Under the pieces are notes generated by a model. That model did no database searches, was not told the DNA's origin, and worked only from the letters and a program-made list of their open reading frames with translations. 32,000 bases of DNA from Gemmata obscuriglobus (GTDB lineage: Bacteria > Planctomycetota > Planctomycetia > Gemmatales > Gemmataceae), in NCBI RefSeq assembly GCF_008065095.1, contig NZ_CP042911.1, positions 5,790,001-5,822,000 on the forward strand, in the 5' to 3' direction. This document shows positions 18,701-24,502 of the stretch, piece by piece. The position numbers and the translations under genes are program-made. The first letter of the stretch is position 1. Every line of letters begins with the position of its first letter.

Positions 18701-18837
18701 AGGCGGTGAACCGCCGGCCCCGCCCCGGGCGCCGCGTACCGCGTAACAAGGCCCGGCTTCAGGTCGGCGGGTTCGACGGCGCGGGCGACCGCGGGCGCGA
18801 GCGCGACCAGCGCGAAAACGAAGTGGTGGTGGCGCAT
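15763..18837 (-). CDS. Secreted multi-haem c-type cytochrome (five CXXCH sites) with an N-terminal PA14-like beta domain and a ~330-aa haem-free C-terminal domain
   Basis: 1024-aa ORF with the signal-like MRHHHFVFALVALAPAVARA. The haem motifs are CVKCH, CAACH, CANCH, CLNCH and CVSCH, spread over residues ~180-690. The N-terminal ~150 aa (GLVTRYAAPG...WTGYINITRAGKYTFSP...LDVKVGG) resemble PA14. Confidence 0.85.
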   Translation of the reverse strand: MRHHHFVFALVALAPAVARAVEPADLKPGLVTRYAAPGAGPAVHRLEPTVAISLSAGEQPHPKLAGTGSINWTGYINITRAGKYTFSPVVTGGTLDVKVGGKMARGEISLDGGVTTLDVVFRREDPVAPVRVELFWRGPGFVDEPLAYQFLGHLAKDRPKEFTADTELDHGRFKFEELGCVKCHTPAAGDTMAKTLADRTGPNLTDVARRAYPGWIYAWLADPTKIRSHTTMPKSFAPDEAGAAERYAVTQYLVSLAGQPLDVYRLPTVVPNGLRESMERGRALFSVAGCAACHSDPLPRKKKDEEDDREPLAPVDYAYGLGTLSGPTPKYALGGLGGKTRPEVLAAYLQNPLKTNPHGRMPNLNLSGGEALDIARYLCRVPDESVTPDAVPVPQVRPAALAAQLLPNATDAELTKFNGLKPETQWAELGARIVLAKGCANCHAIEPGGQAIAPLTTFPGLEAVKRAGAKGCLDAVPAPARRPAYALDPAERGALTAFVQKGLTGAGSSAPVYRARTALRRFNCLNCHQRDGEGGIPTELADQMRQLEKAENADDVRPPVLTGVGHKARTSWLKSVLTQSGRARPWMQLRMPQYGEGNVGFLPDALAALEGTTPDDRVHVVPGTSAKIAAGRTIVGKGGLGCVSCHDIGGVANTGTRGPDLATINQRVRYDWYERWLSQPLRMAPGTRMPQAFVDGKSTLTTAFNGDPKQQAEAMWAYLSLGPNLVLPEGLEPPKGLVIAVKDRAEVLRTFMPDAGSKAIAVGYPGYVSVAFSADQCRTAYAWNGNFLDASPVWNNRGGAPAKLLGQKFWTAPAGHPWGLTGESAPPPDFLGRAANPAFGLPLPLEPARIYDGPMAVKFDGYSLDREGRPTFRYRLDESFKGPELAVTETPAPLRGSVATGLARTFEVTVPGGRQAWFLAGQAAKEPRAVDGAGQPVRLGLKADEVKLPAAGVRLVLPSGDRAVLVEVPGAPAGCEWRFVPVKGVWLAVLKLPRHSDERKVAFTLNLWALPKDDDALIKELFAK

Positions 18838-18928
18838 AGCGTGGGGGCTGCGGATACGGGTCGGAATGAGGTGTTAATTATCCGCACGCCGCGTGACACC
18901 GCAAGAGGTAAACGGAAGGGCAAACGCC

Positions 18929-19038
18929 CCCGCGCCTGAAGCGGCGCGAGCCGACGGGTTGCGGTTGGCGGGGCTCTGCCGGTGCCGCTCGACTTGCAGA
19001 ACCCGCGCCTGAAGCGGCGTGAGCCGACGGGTTACGGT
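18929..19038. repeat. Two copies of a 37-nt direct repeat (35/37 identical), at 18929-18965 and 19002-19038, separated by a 36-nt spacer
   Basis: CCCGCGCCTGAAGCGGCGCGAGCCGACGGGTTGCGGT versus CCCGCGCCTGAAGCGGCGTGAGCCGACGGGTTACGGT. Each copy holds an internal GCGCC-TGAAGC-GGCGC/T stem. The pair lies between the ubiB stop (19087) and the cytochrome start (18837). Confidence 0.85.
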
Positions 19039-19086
19039 CTGGCATGGCTGAGGAACGAGAACGTGAGGGCGGCGGAGCGGCACCGC

Positions 19087-20778
19087 TCACTCCTTCCGGT
19101 CGCGCTCTTCGAGCTTGCCCGAGTGTTGGATCGCGCGGAACAGGCGGTACCCGAGCAGCGCGCTGACCGCGCAGCCGAACAGTCCGAACACGGACACGTC
19201 GCGGACCAGCGGCTCGGCCTTGAACGCCCACAACATCGCCGAGCCCACGAACAGCGCGCTCACCATCATCCCGAACACCAGCCGGTTCACCGACGGCTCC
19301 AGGTGCCGGTGGCTCAGCTCGATCCCCATTTCGCGCCGCTGCACCATTCGCATCACGCCGCTCAACTGCCGGGGCAGACCGCGGACCAGGTCGTCCCACT
19401 CCCCCACCGCCCCGACGAACCGGCGCAGCAGCCGCCGCGGGGAGAGCTTCTTCCGCACGCTGGCCTGTTTGTACGGGTCGAGCAGTTCCACCAGGTTGAA
19501 CCCCGGCGCCAGAATCCGCCCCGTCCCCTCGAGCATGACGAGCACACGCAGCAAGAGCGCGAGCGGCGCCGGCAGCATCACGTGGTACCGCCGGATCGCG
19601 TCCGTGAGCTCGTTCAGAGCGGTGCCCAGTTCGAACTGCTCCAGGGGCATCCCGTGATAGAACGCGAGCTGGTCGGCCACCTCGCTCTCGAGCGCCCCCG
19701 CATCGAACCCGGCCGGAACGTCGCCGGTCTGCACGATCAGCTCGGTGACGGTCGCGGAATCCTTCATGAGAACGGCCCCGACGCCGCGGTCGATGATCCC
19801 GCGGAGCCGCTCGTCGATGCGCCCGACCATGCCCACGTCGATCAGCCCGATCGCCGCCGGCTGGCTCCCGATCGGGGGGAGGTAGAGCAGGTTCCCCGGG
19901 TGCGGGTCGGCGTGAAAGAGGCCGTCGCGGAAGATCATGTCGAGGAACGCTCTCGCCCCGGCCCGCGCGAGCGCCTCGAAGTCGCCGCCGGCCGCCCGCA
20001 CCTCGTCGGGCCGGTTGAACGGCACCCCCTCGAACAGCTCCATCGTGAGGACGCGGCCACTGGACAGCGACGGGTGCGGCTCCGGAAAGCGGACCCCGGG
20101 GTCGTGCGCGAAGGCCTGCCGGAAGAGCTGCAGGTGGCGCAGCTCGCGGCGAAAATCGAGTTCGCGCGTGAGCACCCGCTCGAACTCCGCGACCACCGCC
20201 ACCGGGCGGTACGCCTTGAACTCGGGCAGGTACTCCTCCGCAAGGGCCGCCAGCTCCGCCAGGATCGCGAGATCGTTTTCGACCCGGTGCGTGATGTCGG
20301 GGTGCTGCACCTTCACCGCCACCCTGCGACCGTCGCGGAGCGTGGCGCGGTGGACCTGACCGATGCTGGCGGACGCGAGCGGCTCGGGCTCGAACGCGGC
20401 GAACAGCGCCTCAAGCGGCTGCCGGAGTTCGGTTTCGACGGTCGCCCGCGTGACCGAGAACGGGTCGGCCGGGACGCGCGATTGCAGTGTGGCCAGTTCG
20501 TCCCCGAGCGCCGGGCCGATCAGGTCGCGGCGCGTGCTGAGCACCTGCCCGAACTTGATGAACGTGGTGCCCAACTCGGTGAGCACGAGCCGGATGCGGA
20601 CCTCCCGCGGGCGGTCCGCAAGGCGGTGCAGTTCCGTGCCCGCGGTCCAGCGGCGCACGAACCGGTAGTCGAGCCGCGCGAGCGCACCGGCCAGCCCGTA
20701 CTTCGCGAGCACGCGGGCGATTTCGGCGAGCCGGGACGCGCTCCGGGCGAGGCGGGGGATGTCGGTCAGGTTGAGCAT
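19087..20778 (-). CDS. ubiB: ABC1/UbiB-family atypical kinase with C-terminal TM helices
   Basis: 563-aa ORF. ASASIGQVHRATLRDGRRVAVKVQHPDI, LFHADPHPGNLLY and LIDVGMVGRI are the ABC1/AarF/UbiB signature blocks. There are two hydrophobic segments near the C-terminus. Confidence 0.88.
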   Translation of the reverse strand: MLNLTDIPRLARSASRLAEIARVLAKYGLAGALARLDYRFVRRWTAGTELHRLADRPREVRIRLVLTELGTTFIKFGQVLSTRRDLIGPALGDELATLQSRVPADPFSVTRATVETELRQPLEALFAAFEPEPLASASIGQVHRATLRDGRRVAVKVQHPDITHRVENDLAILAELAALAEEYLPEFKAYRPVAVVAEFERVLTRELDFRRELRHLQLFRQAFAHDPGVRFPEPHPSLSSGRVLTMELFEGVPFNRPDEVRAAGGDFEALARAGARAFLDMIFRDGLFHADPHPGNLLYLPPIGSQPAAIGLIDVGMVGRIDERLRGIIDRGVGAVLMKDSATVTELIVQTGDVPAGFDAGALESEVADQLAFYHGMPLEQFELGTALNELTDAIRRYHVMLPAPLALLLRVLVMLEGTGRILAPGFNLVELLDPYKQASVRKKLSPRRLLRRFVGAVGEWDDLVRGLPRQLSGVMRMVQRREMGIELSHRHLEPSVNRLVFGMMVSALFVGSAMLWAFKAEPLVRDVSVFGLFGCAVSALLGYRLFRAIQHSGKLEERDRKE

Positions 20779-20811
20779 GTCGGATGAGTCCGCTTGCCGG
20801 AGCGGGGCGGT

Positions 20812-21567
20812 TCACGCGAGCCGGTCGAGGTCGCGCAAGCGGCGGTCGGCGTCGAACGTCGGTGCCGGGAGCGATTCCGCCAGCGCGACCGCCTCGGCCT
20901 CGCTCAGGTCCGGTTTCCGGACCGCCTCGCCGCGAAACACCGGCAGCTTCTTTTGGGTCGCAATGATCTCTCGGCGGGTGCGGCCGCGGGGCGCGTCGGG
21001 CCAGCGGCCCTCCAGCTCCTGAAACTCGAAGAACACCGGCACCACTGCACAGATGTACCTCGAGTAGCCCGGGTTGTCGGTTTGAATCACGAACCGCCCG
21101 CCGGGGGCGAGCGCCCGGTGAACCGTCGCCAGGAACGAAGGGGTGATGAGGCGCAGGTGGACCTTGGCGGGGTCGTAGTACGGCTGCGGGTGGTAGCAAT
21201 GCACTTCCGCAACCGAGTGCGGCGCGACGTGGTCGGCCAGCAGCTCGCGCCCGCCCAGGACCGCGAACTTCAGGTTCGCGAGGCCGCGCTGGTTGCCGCG
21301 CTTGCGGGCGTAGCGGAGGACCACGGGCAGCACATCGACGCCGAGGTGGTCGTGGTCCGGCCGCGCCAGCGCCGAGCCGATCAGGTAGCGCCCGTTCCCG
21401 CACCCGACGTCCAGCACAACGGGCGCGGCGCGGCCGAACAGCGCGGGCCAGTCCAGGTGCCCCGCCGGCATCGCCTTCAGTGCGGTCTGCGCCCAGCGGT
21501 CTGGGTCCAAGATGCGGCCGGGGAACGGCACCCCGAACTCGCGCTCCACCCGGTTCGGTTCGGCCAT
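20812..21567 (-). CDS. trmB: tRNA (guanine-N7)-methyltransferase
   Basis: 251-aa ORF. It has the SAM motif VLDVGCGNGRYL, then LGVDV...RYARKRGNQRGLANLKF and HCYHPQPYY, typical of TrmB. Its stop is 33 nt upstream of the ubiB start, so the two are probably co-transcribed. Confidence 0.85.
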   Translation of the reverse strand: MAEPNRVEREFGVPFPGRILDPDRWAQTALKAMPAGHLDWPALFGRAAPVVLDVGCGNGRYLIGSALARPDHDHLGVDVLPVVLRYARKRGNQRGLANLKFAVLGGRELLADHVAPHSVAEVHCYHPQPYYDPAKVHLRLITPSFLATVHRALAPGGRFVIQTDNPGYSRYICAVVPVFFEFQELEGRWPDAPRGRTRREIIATQKKLPVFRGEAVRKPDLSEAEAVALAESLPAPTFDADRRLRDLDRLA

Positions 21568-21731
21568 GCGCTCGTGGTCACACAGAGGTTAACGGTTATA
21601 ACTGGTCTACGAGCCGGACGCCGCAGTACAATCGTAACCAGTTGCGGCAGCTTCAAGTTTCTGTTCCACGTTCTACACGGTGGCCCCGGCTTAACGCCCC
21701 GAGAACGTTGAAACCGCGCGAGGTGGCACAC

Positions 21732-22784
21732 ATGCCGGGGGGGCGATTCTCCGTGAGCGGTTCGCTGACCGCCGTGCTGTTCGTCCTCGCGCCGCTGGTC
21801 GCGGTGGGGTGGTGGCTGGCGCGGCCGAAGGCCGACGCCGGCGTGCCCCCACCCACGTCCTCGGAACTCGACGTGGTGTGCACCGGCCGCGTGGACGGGT
21901 CGCACCCCCTGGCCGCACTTTCCCCAACGGTGCCGGGGAAAGTGGCCGAGGTGCTCGTGTCGGAAGGGCTCACCGTTGACGCGGGCGCGCCGCTGCTCCG
22001 GCTGGCCGACGAATCGCTGAAGTTCCGCGTCGAGGAGGCGAAAGCCGCGCTCGCCGTCGCGGACCTCGAAATCGAAGCCGCCGGGGCCGAGGCCAAGCTC
22101 CACCCGCAGCGGGTCGCCGGCCAGAAGCTCGCCATCGCGTCCGCCCAGGACCGGACCGCGACCGCGCGCCGGCTTCTTGACGAACTCCGCGCGGCCAAAC
22201 CGTTCGGGACGATAACGGCAGCCGATATCATCCGCGCCGAAGCCGAAGTGCGGCAGCTCGAACGGCTGGAGGCGGTTGAAGCCGACCGGCTCACCGAACT
22301 CAACGCACTGAGCCCGGCGCTCCGGGTGCGGGCGGCGGAGGCAAAGAAGGTGCAGGCGCGGGTCGCGCTGAACCAGGTCGAGCAGGCGGTGCGGGACTGT
22401 GTACTCGTGGCCCCGTCGGCGGGAACCGTGTTGCGTGTCAACGTGTCGGTCGGCGAGAGCGTGCTGCCGGGCGGGGGCGCGCCGGCCCTGCTGTTCCGCC
22501 CGGCCGGCCCACTCGTCGTGCGGGCGGAACTGGAACAGGAGTTCATCGGTCGGGTGCGGCCCGGGATGCGGGCGACCGTCACCGATGAGACGCGAGCAGA
22601 TGCGCCGACCTGGACCGGGCGGGTTGTGCGGGTTGGGGCGTTCGTGTCGCGCCGGCGAGGGGTGCTGTTCGAGCCGGGCGAGGTTAACGACGTGCGCACA
22701 CTGGAGTGCGTCGTCACACTGGACGAACCGACCGGCGGGCTGCTCGTCGGGCAGCGGATGCGCGTCCGGATCGGCAGGGAGTAA
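21732..22784 (+). CDS. HlyD-family periplasmic adaptor / membrane fusion protein
   Basis: The ORF is 21480..22784, but its upstream part overlaps trmB. ATG 21732 is preceded by GAGGTG and yields the N-terminal TM LTAVLFVLAPLVAVGWWL. The protein has a lipoyl-like hairpin GKVAEVLVSEGLTVDAGAPLLRLAD, a long coiled coil, then a beta-barrel VLVAPSAGTVLRVNVSVGESV. Confidence 0.8.
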   Translation: MPGGRFSVSGSLTAVLFVLAPLVAVGWWLARPKADAGVPPPTSSELDVVCTGRVDGSHPLAALSPTVPGKVAEVLVSEGLTVDAGAPLLRLADESLKFRVEEAKAALAVADLEIEAAGAEAKLHPQRVAGQKLAIASAQDRTATARRLLDELRAAKPFGTITAADIIRAEAEVRQLERLEAVEADRLTELNALSPALRVRAAEAKKVQARVALNQVEQAVRDCVLVAPSAGTVLRVNVSVGESVLPGGGAPALLFRPAGPLVVRAELEQEFIGRVRPGMRATVTDETRADAPTWTGRVVRVGAFVSRRRGVLFEPGEVNDVRTLECVVTLDEPTGGLLVGQRMRVRIGRE

Positions 22785-22867
22785 CGGCGGGAAAGACGTG
22801 TGCGGGCGAAGAATCGGCGCGTTCGCGCGGGTTTTGCGCCTTCCGGGACCGGTTCCGGGCCGCGAAC

Positions 22868-22897
22868 TTGGATCTTTACCGCGGTGTGGGCTACAAT
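22868..22897 (+). promoter_or_regulatory. Candidate sigma-70-like promoter for the hpf-ptsN-HPr-ptsI cluster (TTGGAT-18 nt-TACAAT)
   Basis: TTGGAT at 22868-22873 and TACAAT at 22892-22897, ~100 nt upstream of the hpf GTG. This is a sequence match only, and planctomycete promoter rules are poorly known. Confidence 0.3.
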
Positions 22898-22994
22898 CTT
22901 CCGATCGGAACGTTTCGAGACGTCCTGTTCCGGTTGGGTTTGCGGTCCCGCCGGCCGGAGGTCGGCCGCGCGACAGTTGAGAGCGAGGTTCGCC

Positions 22995-23333
22995 GTGCAA
23001 GTCACCGTTTCCGTTCGTCACGGGCAGTTGGGGGACGACATCCAACAGCAACTGAAGGAGAAGGGCGAAAAGTTGCTCCACTTCTTCAGCCGGCTGACGA
23101 TGATCGAGATCACGGTCGACTTACACCGCACCCACGACGGGAATATGAGCGTCGAGGTCCGGGCCACCGCAGAGCACAAGCACGAGTTCGTGGGGAGCGA
23201 CCACGCGGAAGACGTGCTGGCGGCCTTTAATAAAGCCGCCGCGCACGTGAAACAACAGGTGACCCACTACAAAGAGAAGATCCAGGACCACCGCCGCGAC
23301 ATGGACTACGGCGGGAACAACGGGTCCAAGTGA
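22995..23333 (+). CDS. hpf: Ribosome hibernation promoting factor / RaiA family (short form, ~112 aa)
   Basis: Lies inside ORF 22800..23333. I start at the in-frame GTG 22995, with GAGG 6 nt upstream. VQVTVSVRHGQLGDDIQQQLKEKGEKLLHFFSRLTMIEITVD...AFNKAAAHVKQQVTHYKEK matches the S30AE/sigma-54 modulation protein fold pattern. Confidence 0.85.
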   Translation: MQVTVSVRHGQLGDDIQQQLKEKGEKLLHFFSRLTMIEITVDLHRTHDGNMSVEVRATAEHKHEFVGSDHAEDVLAAFNKAAAHVKQQVTHYKEKIQDHRRDMDYGGNNGSK

Positions 23334-23340
23334 CCCGGCG

Positions 23341-23371
23341 GCCCGGGCCGCGTCGTTGAGGCGGCCCGGGC
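23341..23371 (+). other. GC-rich 11-bp stem-loop between hpf and ptsN (possible attenuator or processing signal)
   Basis: GCCCGGGCCGC-gtcgttgag-GCGGCCCGGGC. No U-tract follows. Confidence 0.35.
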
Positions 23372-23446
23372 GGTACCGACGCGGAGAGGAACTCCACCGC
23401 CGGCGACAGGAGCGGTGGGGGGCGGACAACGAGGGGAGAGGTCCAC

Positions 23447-23965
23447 ATGCGCCTGTGCAACTTCATCGTCCGCGACGCGATCACCCCGGCCTTGGCCGCG
23501 TCCGCGCCGCCGGCGCCGCCGGGCGGGCACCGCGACCCCTCCGCCGTCCGCAGCGTCAAGGAGCAGGTGATCCGCGAGATGGTCGGTTCGCTGCACGCCG
23601 CGGGCCACTTTCGCGCGTCCGACGTGGACGAGATCGTGCGGGCGGTGCTGCGGCGCGAAGAACTCGGGACCACGGGCATCGGGCGGCACATCGCCATCCC
23701 GCACTCCCGGCACCCGGCCGCGGACCGGCTGATCGGCACCCTGGCCCTGTCGCGCGACGGGCTGCCGTTCGACAGCCTCGACGGCGAGCCGGTGTACGTG
23801 TTCATCCTACTGGTGTCCCCGCAGGACCGCCCCGGCGACCACCTGCGGGCGCTCGAGGCGGTGGTCCGCACGATGCGCAACGACGACTTCGTGCGCCAGC
23901 TCCGCGGGTGCCAGACGCGCGAGGAGATCTGGGCGCTGCTGGAGAGCGCGGCGCCGGGCTGGTGA
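23447..23965 (+). CDS. ptsN: PTS EIIA type-2 domain protein (nitrogen-regulatory EIIA-Ntr-like)
   Basis: 172-aa ORF with RBS-like GAGGGGAGAGG upstream. It has the phosphorylation-site block GTTGIGRHIAIPHSRH, followed by PVYVFILLVSP and HLRALEAVVRTM, typical of PtsN/EIIA(Fru/Mtl) class proteins. Confidence 0.85.
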   Translation: MRLCNFIVRDAITPALAASAPPAPPGGHRDPSAVRSVKEQVIREMVGSLHAAGHFRASDVDEIVRAVLRREELGTTGIGRHIAIPHSRHPAADRLIGTLALSRDGLPFDSLDGEPVYVFILLVSPQDRPGDHLRALEAVVRTMRNDDFVRQLRGCQTREEIWALLESAAPGW

Positions 23966-24021
23966 GCGGCGCCCGAGGGGGTGAGACGGGATACCGGGCA
24001 CGCGGGACACGAGGTGCGGGA

Positions 24022-24426
24022 ATGATCGGTTGCGCAGGGGGGGACGGGCCAGGACCGCGGGACGTGCTCCCGCCGGGTGCCTGTACGCCCGCGGTCCCGC
24101 CCGACACGAACCCGCCCAGCGGCGCCGAGACCGCGGCCGGCGGGAGCGGCCCGCTCCGCCGCGTGATCCGCATCGTGAACCCGCTGGGGCTGCACCAGCG
24201 GATCGCCGACCGGTTCTCGCGCACCGCCCGGAAGTTCTCCTGCGCCGTCAGCGTGTGGAACGGTTCCACCCGGGCCGACGGGAAGGACATCTGGGCGCTG
24301 ATTATGCTCGTCGCCCTGCCCGACTCGGAAGTGGTGCTCGAGGTGGACGGCGCGGACGCGGCGCACGCGGCGGAGGCGCTGGCCGCCATACTGGCCTCGC
24401 CCGGCGGCGAAGATTACACGATTTGA
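24022..24426 (+). CDS. ptsH: HPr/NPr-family phosphocarrier protein with a ~45-aa Pro/Gly-rich N-terminal extension
   Basis: This is the C-terminal part of ORF 23356..24426, whose upstream part overlaps ptsN out of frame. ATG 24022 is preceded by GAGG at 24011-24014. The core is VIRIVNPLGLHQRIADRF (His-15-type site), then ...GKDIWALIMLVAL...VVLEVDGADAAHAAEALAAIL. The start codon is uncertain. Confidence 0.75.
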   Translation: MIGCAGGDGPGPRDVLPPGACTPAVPPDTNPPSGAETAAGGSGPLRRVIRIVNPLGLHQRIADRFSRTARKFSCAVSVWNGSTRADGKDIWALIMLVALPDSEVVLEVDGADAAHAAEALAAILASPGGEDYTI

Positions 24427-24502
24427 CCGGCACGTGTGCCGACCGGGTTCGCCCGAACCGGTCCGGCTCCTCCCCAACGGGCACAACCGGACGCTCCGGC
24501 GA

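Noticed and set aside
15640-18939. 1099-aa plus-strand ORF opposite the multi-haem cytochrome. Similar long shadow ORFs occur at 219..1715(-), 1379..2494(+), 1887..3224(-), 3579..4406(-), 5050..6858(+), 8272..9675(-), 10043..11110(-), 18982..20787(+), 21477..23081(-), 23227..24723(-) and 24302..26035(-).
   Set aside because: All of them overlap genes with clear family motifs on the other strand or in another frame. They have the R/G/A/P-dominated composition expected from off-frame reading of GC-rich coding DNA.
18929-19038. Possible miniature CRISPR array (37-nt repeats, 36-nt spacer).
   Set aside because: There are only two repeat units, no cas genes and no leader in 32 kb. This is not enough to call a CRISPR, so it is reported as a generic direct repeat instead.
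22785-22994. Searched for a sigma-54 (GG-N10-GC) promoter upstream of hpf/ptsN, because of the classical rpoN linkage.
   Set aside because: No convincing TGGCAC-N5-TTGC-like element was seen by eye. Only a sigma-70-like match was found, and it is reported at low confidence.
23356-24021. Upstream 222 codons of the 356-aa ORF that ends with the HPr domain. This would suggest a large fusion protein.
   Set aside because: This part overlaps the well-supported ptsN gene in a different frame and is Arg/Pro/Gly-rich noise. An ATG with an RBS at 24022 gives a plausible stand-alone HPr.
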